A stretch of 54,196 nucleotides of DNA, filler included, from Candidatus Desantisbacteria bacterium CG1_02_49_89 (GTDB lineage Bacteria; Desantisbacteria; UBA1551), in the NCBI GenBank assembly GCA_001871075.1. It is 5 parts of 5 records of this genome, joined end to end, with 100 filler letters (N's around TTAATTAATTAA, not from the genome) between each part and the next. Parts side by side here need not be neighbours in the genome. Positions count along the whole stretch, not along the records: positions 9,936 to 22,606 come from MNUP01000072.1; positions 22,707 to 30,554 come from MNUP01000014.1; positions 30,655 to 45,137 come from MNUP01000042.1; 2 more parts are not named here. One strand, written 5' to 3'. Both the position numbers and the translations under genes were made by a program. Within the stretch, counting starts at the first letter, position 1; each line of letters begins with the position of its first letter. Shown piece after piece: positions 20,380 through 31,136 of the stretch. The notes beneath the pieces are model-generated. The model was not told where the DNA came from. It was given only the letters and a program-made list of their open reading frames with translations, and ran no database searches.

Positions 20380-21552
20380 ATGAAGCCGTTATCTCGCATA
20401 ACTGAAAAATTCACCGAATCGGTGATTAGGGAAATGACACGCATCTGCGATGCCGTCGGAGGGTATAACCTTTCTCAGGGTTTCCCTGATTTTGAATCTC
20501 CCGCGAAGGTCAAGAATGCGGCAATAAAAGCGATCCTCGGCGGTTATAACCAGTATCCGGTTACTTTCGGGGAACCTAAATTAAGGAAGGCGATTGTGAA
20601 GAAGGCCTGGAGCTTCAACAGGATTAGGTGCAACCCGGAAACAGATATAACAGTTACCTGCGGAGCTACCGAAGCCATGATAGCAACATTAAAAGCGGTT
20701 ATAAACCCGGGTGAAGAAATAGTCATTTTCGAACCTTTTTATGAGAACTACGGTCCTGACGGCATCCTTTCAGGGGCAAAACCGCGGTATGTTTCACTAT
20801 ACCCGCCGGATTGGAAATATTATTCAAAAGAACTTTCGGCCGCTTTTAACAGGAAGACCAAGGCGGTTATCATAAACACCCCGAATAACCCGACAGGCAA
20901 GGTGTTTACCAGGCAGGAACTGGAGGAAATAGCATCCTTGTGCGCCAGGTGGGACTGTCTAGCTGTCACAGACGAGATCTACGAGCATATAACCTACGAC
21001 GAAGAAAAACATATTTCAATGGCTTCATTAAATGGTATGGCACATAGGACCGTCACGATCAACTCCATTTCCAAGACCTATTCTGTTACAGGTTGGCGCG
21101 TCGGCTGGGCTATAGCGGACAGCAGGATCACCAGCAGAATAAGGAAGGTACATGATTTCCTGACCGTGGGAGCGCCGACTCCTTTCCAGGAAGCGGCGGC
21201 TTTCGCTTTGGGAATGCCGGCGGCATATTACCGCAGACTGCGTTCCAGATATGAAAAGTCGAGGGAGTTTTTATTCAACCTTCTTGTTGAGACCGGGTTC
21301 CGGCCTTTCATGCCCAAAGGGGCTTATTATATAATGGCGGGAATAGGCGACCTTATGAAGAAACTGGACATTAGAGACGATTTTTCATTCAGTAAAAAAC
21401 TTATCGAGATGACTGGTGTTGCGACTGTCCCGGGGACATCTTTTTATTCGTCTTTAGGGAAGGGCAGGGACCAGATAAGGTTCTGTTTCTGCAAGAAACA
21501 GCAGACTCTTGATAATGTAAAAAAGGGACTGATGCGCCTGAAAAACGCTTAG
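20380..21552 (+). CDS. Class I/II PLP aminotransferase
   Basis: NLSQGFPD, NTPNNPTG, DEIY, SISKTYSVTGWRVGW. Confidence 0.93.
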   Translation: MKPLSRITEKFTESVIREMTRICDAVGGYNLSQGFPDFESPAKVKNAAIKAILGGYNQYPVTFGEPKLRKAIVKKAWSFNRIRCNPETDITVTCGATEAMIATLKAVINPGEEIVIFEPFYENYGPDGILSGAKPRYVSLYPPDWKYYSKELSAAFNRKTKAVIINTPNNPTGKVFTRQELEEIASLCARWDCLAVTDEIYEHITYDEEKHISMASLNGMAHRTVTINSISKTYSVTGWRVGWAIADSRITSRIRKVHDFLTVGAPTPFQEAAAFALGMPAAYYRRLRSRYEKSREFLFNLLVETGFRPFMPKGAYYIMAGIGDLMKKLDIRDDFSFSKKLIEMTGVATVPGTSFYSSLGKGRDQIRFCFCKKQQTLDNVKKGLMRLKNA

Positions 21553-21564
21553 AACGGGGAGAAA

Positions 21565-22606
21565 ATGAAAGCTAAGAATATATCGCTTGTTCTTATTGAT
21601 TTTGTTCTTCTGAGTCTGGCGATACTCCTGGCTTTCAGGATACGTTTCCCTGATTTTGCCGCACTCCCCAATTTTCTCGCGTTTAAGAAATATTTTGTGT
21701 TCTTCATACTTATTAAGATCTGCTCGTATTACCTGTTCGGGCTTTACGGAGGGATATGGAGGTACGCGGGCCTCAGCGAAGCTTTCAGCGTATTATACGC
21801 CGTTACGGCCGGGACCCTGGCATCTATCAGTTTTATCTTTTTCACCCAGGTTCCCTTTGTCTTCAAAATGCCGCTCGTGCCCCGTTCGGTAATACTCATA
21901 GACTGGTTTTTCAACCTTCTTTTTATAGGGAGCGTCCGTTTTGTGCCAAGGATCCGCAAGGATCTATGGCTCAAGCCTGCCTCAGTTGCAAAGAGGCTTC
22001 TGATAGTCGGCGCGGGAGATACCGGCGAGCTTGTGATCAGAGAGATAGCAAGGCATCCGGAGCTTGGTTACAAGCCCGTGGGTTTCATTGATGATGATCC
22101 GGAAAAAAGAGGCAGAAGGATACACAACCTGAAGGTCCTGGGGACAAGGGAAGATATCCCCCTGATCATTGAAAGGGAAAATATAGTTGAAATAATAATC
22201 GCGATACCTGCCGCTTCTGGAAGGATAATACGGGAAATAGTAAATTACTGCCAGAAGGTAAAAGTAGAACTGAAGATAGTTCCCGAGATCCCCAAGATCC
22301 TGCAGGGCGGTGTTTCTTTCGCGGACCTGCGAAGCGTGAAGCCCGAGGACCTGCTCGGGAGGGAAATGGTTGAGATCAACAGCGAGGACGCAAGGATTTT
22401 CCTGCAGAACAAGGTGATACTTGTCACGGGAGCGGGTGGTTCTATAGGTTCAGAGATATGCAGGCAGGTTTCGGGTTTCGGTCCCGCCCGCCTGATAATG
22501 CTTGACCATAATGAGAACGATGTTTATTTTATCGAAATTGACCTAAAAAGGAATTATCCCGTCCTGCAGTTCAGGACGGTTATAGGAGATATAAAGGACC
22601 CGATGC
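21565..22606 (+). CDS. CapD/PglF-type nucleoside-diphosphate sugar dehydratase (3' truncated by contig end)
   Basis: N-terminal TM helices, IVGAGDTG, EDLLGRE, VTGAGGSIGSE. Confidence 0.93.
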
Positions 22607-22706
22607 NNNNNNNNNNNNNNNNNNNNNNNNNNNNNNNNNNNNNNNNNNNNTTAATTAATTAANNNNNNNNNNNNNNNNNNNNNNNNNNNNNNNNNNNNNN
22701 NNNNNN
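22607..22706. other. Artificial contig linker
   Basis: N44-TTAATTAATTAA-N44. Confidence 0.97.
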
Positions 22707-23027
22707 AGTCCTCTGCCTATGAACCTGAAAGCAGGCATTGCCAATAAGTCTGCTGACAGCAAGCTTACTCTATCAGCTGACCTGAATTACTCCATCCTTG
22801 ATTCCATATGGGCTGTGGGAGCAGGTATTGAATATTGGGTCCATCCTGTGTTTGCCATAAGGGCAGGATATAAGTATAACAGCGCGATAAACAACACTTT
22901 GGGAGCGCTTGCCGGCCTAACCTGCGGTGTTGGCTTCAAGATTGGCATACTGGGTATAGATTACGCCCTTGTTCCTTACGGGGATTTAGGTTATACCCAC
23001 CGAATTTCGCTCATTGCGAAATTCTAA
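22707..23027 (+). CDS. C-terminal fragment of a PorV/PorQ-like outer-membrane beta-barrel
   Basis: GIEYW, AIRAGY, IDYALVPYGDLGYTHRISL, terminal Phe; frame is open back to the contig edge. Confidence 0.8.
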   Translation, partial: SPLPMNLKAGIANKSADSKLTLSADLNYSILDSIWAVGAGIEYWVHPVFAIRAGYKYNSAINNTLGALAGLTCGVGFKIGILGIDYALVPYGDLGYTHRISLIAKF

Positions 23028-23276
23028 TTGCGCATAACTGTTTTTATGCGCAATTGTCTAAGGGATATAGTGAACTTTATAAGACAGGACACATGATTAA
23101 TTTCATAAAAATAAAATATGAATGGATGGATTCGTTTAATTGAAAAAAAAGGGGCAAAAATGCCCCTTTTATTTTTAAAATAAAAAACCTTTATATGTAA
23201 TGCCACGGCTTGCCCGTTGGGCCTGATTACTTGCGCCGGGTAAACGCGCGGACGCGGGCATAAGGAGAAAAGAGCA

Positions 23277-25694
23277 GTGATGAAAAACCGGCTGCTGTTC
23301 CTGATACCCCAGCTGATCTGCTGCCTGGCAGCGGTGAAATACGCCGAAGGTGCCCGGGCAGGAGGCGAGGCACGCGTTTTCAGAGTTGAGGGGCTGACCA
23401 GGCCTGAGAGGGTCATGGTTGAAACCCTTCAGGGAATAGTGAACAGGAAAGGCCCAAGGCTTTTCCTGCTCACGATAGAGGAAGACCGCAAGTGGCAGGA
23501 GATATACCAAGAAAAATACGGATTTAGTTTTACCCCGGTTGAAAACCTTGCTAAGTTGATCGAGGCATTCAGAGATGATATATCCGGCCTGGTCCTTTAT
23601 GATCTTAATCTGGACGCTGAACAATGGGTTGCTGTCACACTCGCAGGCATTGAAAACCTGCTGCCTGTGACAGAAAGCATCCTGTCAGGCAAAAGCCCGG
23701 GCTTAAGAAATAACGGCCTGGCAGAAGAATACGGTTTTAGAGTCGCGCAGGACCTGCGGGACCGCTGGGACGACAATATAGAGCCGTATAACTGGGCCTT
23801 AAAAGAATTAATGCCGAAATGCAGCAGGAAGGTCTGCCACAGCATAGATGCCGAATACCGGGACGCGAAAGTAGGGCTGTGCGGTCCGATGTGGGGTTTT
23901 GATTACTCCGTGATGAAGAAAGGTTTTGTTTTCAACCTTTCTCCAGCGCCCAAGAAGGGGCTTTCCTACGGGAACGTTGAGGTAGGTGGCTATCCAAGGC
24001 AGGTAGCATTATATAGGGAAATATTGAAGAATCTTGATCCGCCTGCCCAGGTCAACGGGTACGGTGAGCCTGAGGACGTTTTCTGCAGCCTGCTCTCCGA
24101 ATACGGGCATTTTTCCTTCCACGCCTTTAATAACTGGAGCTTCCACACCGGCGTAAAGCCGCTCAATAAAGAACTGCGCCAGAAATTACACTTCACCGTT
24201 TCAAACACAAAACTTCAGAAGAAATTTTACGTAAGCTTCCTGACAAGCGAGGGCGACACGATGAAGCCTGTCATTCCCTTCGCTTACGGAGCCTGGTTCA
24301 GTTCTGTAAGAGGAAAGGTGCCGGTGAACTGGGGAATAAACCCCATAATGGCAGAGCAGTTCCCCGCGATGCTTGAGTATTACTATGAGAACGCCTCCGA
24401 GAACGATTATTTCTTCGCCGGCTGTTCAGGCGCGGGATACGTTTACCCGAACCTGCTCCCTGACGTCACGCAGTTCGCAAAGCATACAGGCAGGCTGATG
24501 GAACTCGCGGACATAAGCATTGTTGACATATGGGGAGGGGATAACCCTGAAAAGCTGGAGGAATACGCTGCCGCGGCGAAGCCTGAAGGTTTTACGCATC
24601 TGGGCGGCCCTGCCAGGATCAAAATGCTGAAACAGGGTATACCGGTGATATTCCACGAATTAAGTTACTGGCAGGAAAACGCGAAGAAGGACCTTACAGG
24701 GAAAGACCCCGGCTGGAAAGATCTTTCCCGGGATGAAAAGAACAGGGCAATGGCAGGATGGCTGGCAGAAAAGATCAGGGGGATAGCATCAAGGAACGAG
24801 CCGCCGTTCTTCATCACGGTTTACGGTGACCTGCACGGGTTTGAAGAAGGCCCGGAGATCTATAAAATGACCTCTGATATCCTGGGTGTGGAAAAATTCA
24901 AGGTTGCCCGCCTGGACGAGATGATCTCGGCAGCAAGGCTTGCCAACACAGGAAAGGTTCTCGCGGCATATCCGAAATGCCTTTTTTATTCTAAGGGCCT
25001 GCGGGTTGCGTCCTGGGATATCCGGGTCCAGAACCTGCAGGACAAAGCAGAGAAAGTAAGGATAGAAGTGAAAAGCGCTGGTATTGAGCAGATAGGACCG
25101 GAAAAGGAATTTCTTTTTAAGCCATGGGACGCAGGATACGTGAATATAAGGGCAAGACTTGATTCTGAGAAAGGTGAAGCGCAGGTTGTCCTGTCATACG
25201 GGAACAGGCGCGAGGAAAAGAATGTCGCTTTCAGCGCGATCGATGGCGATGTGCCGGAAAGCGCGGCGCTCAGATTATCGTATAGCGCTGTTAACCTGCC
25301 ACACGCAGGGGGCGGAAGAATAGAAGACAGGGAGTCAATATTCGGCGAAGCCTGGTCTTCGCGTGAAGGCAGCCCATGCCATATCATCTACGGCCCATAC
25401 GAAAGTCTTCCGGATGGGAAATACACCGCGTTTTTCAGGTTGAAAACGGCTGAAAGGATACCTGAACCGGTGTGCGTCCTGGACGTGTTCAGCGGAGGCA
25501 CAGGCGGGGCTCACAGATCAGAGGAAATTTATATAAAGGGAATTGATTTCAAAAAAGCAGGGGAATACCAGTGGTTCAGGGTCCCGTTCGAATGGTCATC
25601 AAGGTCAGGGCTTGCGGAATTCAGGGTTTTTTGGACAGGTAAAGCCGCTATTTCAGTTGATTGCGTGGCAGTATTTAAAACGGAGGGCAAGTGA
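23277..25694 (+). CDS. GxGYxYP-domain putative glycoside hydrolase, secreted
   Basis: TLQGIVNR, SEGD, PVNWGI, SGAGYVYP; signal peptide. Confidence 0.82.
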   Translation: MMKNRLLFLIPQLICCLAAVKYAEGARAGGEARVFRVEGLTRPERVMVETLQGIVNRKGPRLFLLTIEEDRKWQEIYQEKYGFSFTPVENLAKLIEAFRDDISGLVLYDLNLDAEQWVAVTLAGIENLLPVTESILSGKSPGLRNNGLAEEYGFRVAQDLRDRWDDNIEPYNWALKELMPKCSRKVCHSIDAEYRDAKVGLCGPMWGFDYSVMKKGFVFNLSPAPKKGLSYGNVEVGGYPRQVALYREILKNLDPPAQVNGYGEPEDVFCSLLSEYGHFSFHAFNNWSFHTGVKPLNKELRQKLHFTVSNTKLQKKFYVSFLTSEGDTMKPVIPFAYGAWFSSVRGKVPVNWGINPIMAEQFPAMLEYYYENASENDYFFAGCSGAGYVYPNLLPDVTQFAKHTGRLMELADISIVDIWGGDNPEKLEEYAAAAKPEGFTHLGGPARIKMLKQGIPVIFHELSYWQENAKKDLTGKDPGWKDLSRDEKNRAMAGWLAEKIRGIASRNEPPFFITVYGDLHGFEEGPEIYKMTSDILGVEKFKVARLDEMISAARLANTGKVLAAYPKCLFYSKGLRVASWDIRVQNLQDKAEKVRIEVKSAGIEQIGPEKEFLFKPWDAGYVNIRARLDSEKGEAQVVLSYGNRREEKNVAFSAIDGDVPESAALRLSYSAVNLPHAGGGRIEDRESIFGEAWSSREGSPCHIIYGPYESLPDGKYTAFFRLKTAERIPEPVCVLDVFSGGTGGAHRSEEIYIKGIDFKKAGEYQWFRVPFEWSSRSGLAEFRVFWTGKAAISVDCVAVFKTEGK

Positions 25695-26491
25695 AAATAT
25701 CAATATTCATATTAGCCATATGCCTGAGCGCCGGATGCGCGATCGGGGCGGATATCGATTATAAAAAGTTCGGTATTGAGCCGGGCACAGCAGTTTTTCC
25801 AAGCTTGAAGACCGGGTATGCTTTGCAGTATGCCGAAGGCATAAAGAATATACTCAAGACCGAAGACGGGGGAAAGACCTGGAAGGTGTGCAGGAAGGGT
25901 AAGGTAATAATGGAGCATGACGACGAAGCGCCTGAGGGGGAATCCCCCGGTTCTGAAAATATCGACATCCTGTGTTTTCCAGATGAGAACAACAGTTTTG
26001 CCTATGGCGGCGGCCAGATATCAATTCCGATATTCCTTACAACGCGTGACGGGGGCTTGACCTGGGAAGAGGCAGGCCCGGATAAGATCGAGCTGCTTAT
26101 CTGCGATGGGATCCAGGCAATGTTGATGTTCAGCGCGAACGAAGGATACATACTGAACCTTGCAGGCGGCCTGCTCAAGACTTCAAACGGCTGGAAAGAA
26201 GCAAAGAAGATGTATCCCGGGAAACCCGATGATATCTACAGTCCTGGTTGGCCTGTCCGCGATTTCATCTGCTTCAGGGATATAAATACAGGGTTCCTTA
26301 TTGTCGAAAAAGGGGTTATTTACACAGCGGACGGGGGAAAGACCTGGAGGCTCACACTTCCCTTCGATGGATACCAGGCAGAAAAAGTGGTCAGGATGAC
26401 AGATCATGTGTTGATAATATTAAAAAACACAAGTTTGGGTTATTCAAGCACCAATTTCGGCGCGGCGTGGAACAGTTGTAGATGGGATTAA
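25691..26491 (+). CDS. BNR/Asp-box repeat (YCF48-like) exported protein
   Basis: Repeated TxDGGxTW motifs; signal peptide. Confidence 0.8.
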   Translation: MKISIFILAICLSAGCAIGADIDYKKFGIEPGTAVFPSLKTGYALQYAEGIKNILKTEDGGKTWKVCRKGKVIMEHDDEAPEGESPGSENIDILCFPDENNSFAYGGGQISIPIFLTTRDGGLTWEEAGPDKIELLICDGIQAMLMFSANEGYILNLAGGLLKTSNGWKEAKKMYPGKPDDIYSPGWPVRDFICFRDINTGFLIVEKGVIYTADGGKTWRLTLPFDGYQAEKVVRMTDHVLIILKNTSLGYSSTNFGAAWNSCRWD

Positions 26492-26880
26492 GATAACTGA
26501 TCCCATTGACATAGACTATTGCATTGAAGCATTAATTTTTAACCTGCGGGTCATTGCGAGCCCGAAGGGCGCGGCAATCCAGATACGAGATTGCTTCGTC
26601 ACTCCAAAATGCTTCCCCCTGTAATTCCGATTAAACCGGAATTTAATACAGGGGCCTTCGAGTCAGAACCAGGTCGATGACTCTACGGTCGCAACGACAG
26701 ATAAATCAGGGATTCATGTTGCAAAGAACTACTGCGTAAAACTGCAGTAGTTTTTTTATTTATTATTATAAGGATAGAATATATTTTAAATGTAATGATA
26801 TATAGTATTCAAAATGTCATAATAAATAATATCTCTAATGTCTTTAATGTATTAAAAATATGTTTAAAATGATTTTTTAC

Positions 26881-26909
26881 TTGACAAATATGTAAAATTA
26901 TGCTATAAT
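26881..26909 (+). promoter_or_regulatory. Consensus sigma70 promoter with extended -10
   Basis: TTGACA-N17-TATAAT with TGn; AT-rich upstream. Confidence 0.8.
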
Positions 26910-26960
26910 ATAGATGTAGTAAAAAATTAACTTTTAAGTTAATAAACGGATGAGATAATA

Positions 26961-27308
26961 ATGGAATTCGAAAAGTTCATACCTACCAGGGGAACAGCAG
27001 AGCCAAGGATATCGATACTGAAAAGCGGGCTGATGAGTTTCAACGCGGCAGCCGTAGGTTCTTTTCTTCTGCGCAATTTCGATTCCGTTATCCTTTACTA
27101 CAGCAGGCAGAACAGGGTGATGGGCATAGAGCCCACCAACGACCAGAATGAACCTGCGAAGATCAAGCTGCAGAAAAGAAAGAATTACGTCTGGATAGGC
27201 GCCAAGAAATTCCTTGATCATTTTAAGATAAAATACCCGGCCGCGAAGGTTGCGGTGATCGCCGGGAAAGAAAGGGGGATGCTGACAATACAGGTTGAAA
27301 ACAAATAA
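26961..27308 (+). CDS. Small basic hypothetical protein
   Basis: 115-aa ORF directly after a strong promoter; no family recognised with certainty. Confidence 0.7.
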   Translation: MEFEKFIPTRGTAEPRISILKSGLMSFNAAAVGSFLLRNFDSVILYYSRQNRVMGIEPTNDQNEPAKIKLQKRKNYVWIGAKKFLDHFKIKYPAAKVAVIAGKERGMLTIQVENK

Positions 27309-27669
27309 CGCGGGCGCGATTTTGCTTCCGACAACACACACTCTAACTCATCCCACTCTTACAAATACTTTTACACCGATTCTAACACGATCAACTATAA
27401 CTATCCCGACACCTTTTACTTTACTGTCTAACAAACTATCCAACTAACAAACTATCCAACTACGTTTTTAAGGAAAGGCGCCGCGTTTTAATAAGCACAG
27501 CTGCATCAAGTCTACAGGTCCGGGCTTGCCTTTATTCAGGCAGGCCCGGGCCGTATTACCGGCAGGAATCGGTGTAATCATTTGTAAAAAATCTGAGTCC
27601 CTAAGGGATTCCCGCATTTTGCTTTCATAAGAAAGCAGCGGGGAATAATCATCATAAGGAGATAAATGT

Positions 27670-28572
27670 ATGATATATTCAAATATTCTGGAGACCATAG
27701 GCAACACCCCGATAATCAGGATCAACAAGCTTAACCCGAATAACAAAGTTGACGGAGTCAATATATACGCGAAATTCGAGGGAACCAATCCCACGGGAAG
27801 CATAAAGGACAGGATCGCACTCAAAATGATCGAGCAGGCGGAAAAGGAAGGCGTCCTGGCAAAGGGCAAGACCATAATCGAGCCTACCTCAGGCAACACC
27901 GGCATAGGCCTGGCGATGATCGGCGTCGCGAAAGGTTACAAGGTCGAGATCGTGATGAGCGGAGCTGTTTCAATAGAAAGAAGGAAGATGATACAGGCGT
28001 TCGGCGCGAAAGTGACACTGACAGACCCCGGGCTGGGAACAGACGGCGCGATCAAAAAAGCCAGGGAGCTTGTGAAAAAATATCCCCGAAGGTATTTTAT
28101 GCCGGACCAGTTCACCAACAAGTATAATAAGATCGCCCATTATAAAACAACAGCCGAGGAGATCTGGAAACAGACCAGGGGCAGGATTGACTATTTTATT
28201 TCCGCGATAGGGACCTCAGGGACCCTGATGGGCGTGGGCACATACCTTAAGGAAAAGAACCCGAAGATCAAGGTGATCTCCGCCGAGCCTATTAAGGGGC
28301 ACTATATCCAGGGCCTGAAGAACATGGAAGAAGCAATAGTCCCTGCCATATACAATCCTTCTTTGCTTGATGAGGTCATAATGATCGACACGGAACAGGC
28401 GTTTGAAATGTCAAGGCGGATAGTGAAAAAAGAGGGTATTTTCGTTGGCATGAGTTCAGGCGCCGCGATGCTTGCGGCCATAAAGGTCGCCAGGAGGATC
28501 AAAAAAGGCAATATCGTCATTATCTTCCCTGACAGGGGAGAAAAGTACCTGAGCACGAACCTGTTTAAATAA
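27670..28572 (+). CDS. Cysteine synthase (CysK/CysM family)
   Basis: IGNTP, NPTGSIKDR, EPTSGNTG, GTSGT, GMSSGA, PDRGEKYLS. Confidence 0.95.
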   Translation: MIYSNILETIGNTPIIRINKLNPNNKVDGVNIYAKFEGTNPTGSIKDRIALKMIEQAEKEGVLAKGKTIIEPTSGNTGIGLAMIGVAKGYKVEIVMSGAVSIERRKMIQAFGAKVTLTDPGLGTDGAIKKARELVKKYPRRYFMPDQFTNKYNKIAHYKTTAEEIWKQTRGRIDYFISAIGTSGTLMGVGTYLKEKNPKIKVISAEPIKGHYIQGLKNMEEAIVPAIYNPSLLDEVIMIDTEQAFEMSRRIVKKEGIFVGMSSGAAMLAAIKVARRIKKGNIVIIFPDRGEKYLSTNLFK

Positions 28573-28799
28573 AAACGCCTGCCCTGGTCCAAATCTCCCC
28601 CTTTAACAAAGGGGGATTAAGGGGGATTTAGGGGGATTTTGCCTGCCCCGACGTAACGTCGGGGCGGATGTATCGTTACTATGTCATTGCGACCCGCCAA
28701 TATTCGTGGCGGGGAAGCAATCTGTATTCATTATTTTGGAATGCCCCACATTGGTCTTGAGCCGCATTCCGCCGTATCACTATCAGAAGGAGATCGATC

Positions 28800-29960
28800 A
28801 TGCGTTTTGAACTGGACATTGATTATCCTGTTGAGAAAATGGAGCAGAGCCGTAAGCGGCTGGAAGCCTGGTCAAGGTTCTGCTACGTAGACCGGGTGCC
28901 TGTCCAGTACTGCGTTGTGCCGCGGTATTTCGCGCCTCTGTTCAAACTGCGCTATATTGATCTTTTCAAGGACGTCGAGACGCACTATTACATGCAGCTG
29001 CAGTTCGCCAAATACAGGCTCGAGAACATTCCCGAGGATTTCTGCACCGCTCCTGTTATCAATATCGCCCCTTATTTCGACAACGTTATCCCGCCCAGCG
29101 GCCAGGGCGGAGAAGTGGGATGGGTGGATGACGGCCCTCCGCGCGCTATCCCTGTTATCCGCACGGTTGAACAGATGGAACGTTTTGAAATTGCCAGGCC
29201 TGACACAGGGCTGCGCGGCAAGTCAATAGAGTGGTGGCAAAAAATGAAGGAATTCGCTGCTCAGACCAGGATTACATTTAACGGCAAGGAAGGCAGTGTT
29301 AATATTGCGCTTGGGCTTGGAGGCCTGAGTTCGCATATGATCGCGGTGGACCTGGTCGGAGCAGACTTCTACTGGTGGATGTTAGAGTATCCGGAGCAAA
29401 GCCACCGTTTTCTGGAAAAGATAACCCGGGGCGAGATCGCGACTGAGGAGAATGCAAGAAAATTAATGGGCATTCCGCTTTGCGGTGACTCATACTGTCT
29501 GGCTGAAGATTCCGCGCAGATCATGTCTTCCGCGCTGTTCAAAGAGTTCTGCGTTCCGTACAGCCGTGCTATTTTCGAACGGTTCGGCCGCGTAGAACGC
29601 GCGATCCACATGTGCGGAAACAGCGCGCACCTGCTTCAGGCGCTCAGGGATGATATGAAAATGAACACGTTTATCCTTTTCGGTTATCTGGTCCCTCCAA
29701 AGGTCGCGGCTGCGAACCTGGGCGGCGTCTCGCGTATGATGGGGAACATTGATCCAATGCTCATGAAGGACGGCAATTATCAACAGGTCAAACAAGCGGC
29801 TTTGGAATGCATTGAAGCGATAGGGCCAAGCGGTGGTTTTATGCTGGGCGACGGTGCCAATGTTTGTCCCGGGACTCCCCTGCAAAGCTTTAAGGCAATA
29901 ATGGAAGCCGCTGAAGAATACGGCCTCGGGGGCAACAGCCTGCAAAGGCTTCCACAGTAG
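28800..29960 (+). CDS. Uroporphyrinogen decarboxylase-like (URO-D/MtbA) family protein
   Basis: FKEFCVPY, IHMCG, MGNIDP, GGFMLGDGANVCPGTP. Confidence 0.82.
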   Translation: MRFELDIDYPVEKMEQSRKRLEAWSRFCYVDRVPVQYCVVPRYFAPLFKLRYIDLFKDVETHYYMQLQFAKYRLENIPEDFCTAPVINIAPYFDNVIPPSGQGGEVGWVDDGPPRAIPVIRTVEQMERFEIARPDTGLRGKSIEWWQKMKEFAAQTRITFNGKEGSVNIALGLGGLSSHMIAVDLVGADFYWWMLEYPEQSHRFLEKITRGEIATEENARKLMGIPLCGDSYCLAEDSAQIMSSALFKEFCVPYSRAIFERFGRVERAIHMCGNSAHLLQALRDDMKMNTFILFGYLVPPKVAAANLGGVSRMMGNIDPMLMKDGNYQQVKQAALECIEAIGPSGGFMLGDGANVCPGTPLQSFKAIMEAAEEYGLGGNSLQRLPQ

Positions 29961-30204
29961 TCGGGAAGTAAATAATAGGAGGATTAGAAATTGATGGGGC
30001 AGATCAGCACGGTTGCACCCGGCATAGCCCCGTTTGTCCAAGTTTGGTTTTGTTCACCAAAAAGGTAGCTCTTTGGCAGTCTTGAGGGAAAAACGGAGAA
30101 CAAGGGTAATAATAGGGGTGAACCTTGTAGGATTAGCACCAACTGCAGATCGATATACCAAATTCTAAGATTATAGCCATGGTGAACCTTAAAAAAGGGG
30201 GCCC

Positions 30205-30233
30205 TTGACTTTTGGCCCTTTTTATGATATAAT
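30205..30233 (+). promoter_or_regulatory. Sigma70 promoter without an evident downstream CDS
   Basis: TTGACT-N17-TATAAT with TGn. Confidence 0.7.
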
Positions 30234-30554
30234 AAAGACTTAAGAAGAGGAAACACCCATGGATTCGGGTCCATGGATCATGATATAAAAGCTAAAAAAG
30301 CACTTTTTTCTGTGCGGAAATAATCAAAAGTATACCTGGGGAACAATCAGAAGTATACCTATCTGGGGGAAATTGATTTAGGCTGGCTGGTTTAAAAATC
30401 AGGTAATAATCACCCTCTCCTTTATCCTCTCCCCTCGAGGGAGAGGGGTAGGGTGAGGGGGGTGGGTACTCTCGAAGGCAGAATCTGGAAGGTAGGTCGA
30501 TTTCCGGAGCAAGAAGTAACCGTGTGTCTTATCCCCAACAAAAAAATTATTGTG

Positions 30555-30654
30555 NNNNNNNNNNNNNNNNNNNNNNNNNNNNNNNNNNNNNNNNNNNNTT
30601 AATTAATTAANNNNNNNNNNNNNNNNNNNNNNNNNNNNNNNNNNNNNNNNNNNN
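30555..30654. other. Artificial contig linker
   Basis: N44-TTAATTAATTAA-N44. Confidence 0.97.
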
Positions 30655-30932
30655 TAGTAATGACAAACGACTAATGACAAATGACTGCTTCTGAAACCAC
30701 AGGTTAACACAGTTTTTGTCCCAAAGGGACTCCTTCGGAGTAACTCAGGACTTTACCTGAAAAATGCGTGAAAACGCCCTGTTTTTAACCCTTTGTCGTC
30801 GGTAACAGTTTTTTAAATTTTGGCAAATTGGTATAGTTTTCATTCTTGTTTTACTCTGTTGATAATTATTATGGCAACTTATAAACAAATCTTCATATAT
30901 GAATAGTTACTTTTTTGGAGTATTACATATAT

Positions 30933-31052
30933 TTATAGGTATGATTTTATTCTGAGTTTTTTGCAAAATGAGTGAATTAAAAACAGTCCGCCGAAGTGAG
31001 TTAAATTGCTTTCTCCGAAGGAAAACCGTATATTTCTAAGACCTTTTGCCAT
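30933..31052 (-). pseudogene. N-terminal remnant of an IS1380-like transposase
   Basis: MAKGLRNIRFSFGESNLTHFGGLFLIHSFCKKLRIKSYL*; LTxxGGL pattern typical of IS1380 transposase N-termini. Confidence 0.7.
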
Positions 31053-31107
31053 GTTAAGTAACCCTACCTAAAAGTTAGGTTCACTTGCAAATGAATTTAT
31101 CGTCATC

Positions 31108-31136
31108 ATTATACACTGTTTCCTTCGGGAAGTCAA
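31108..31136 (-). promoter_or_regulatory. Internal promoter of the IS element
   Basis: TTGACT-N17-TATAAT on the minus strand upstream of the remnant ORF. Confidence 0.7.

Noticed and set aside
27520..27550. Strong hairpin upstream of cysteine synthase as a SAM or T-box riboswitch
   Set aside because: No SAM-I core or T-box consensus recognisable; only a single hairpin
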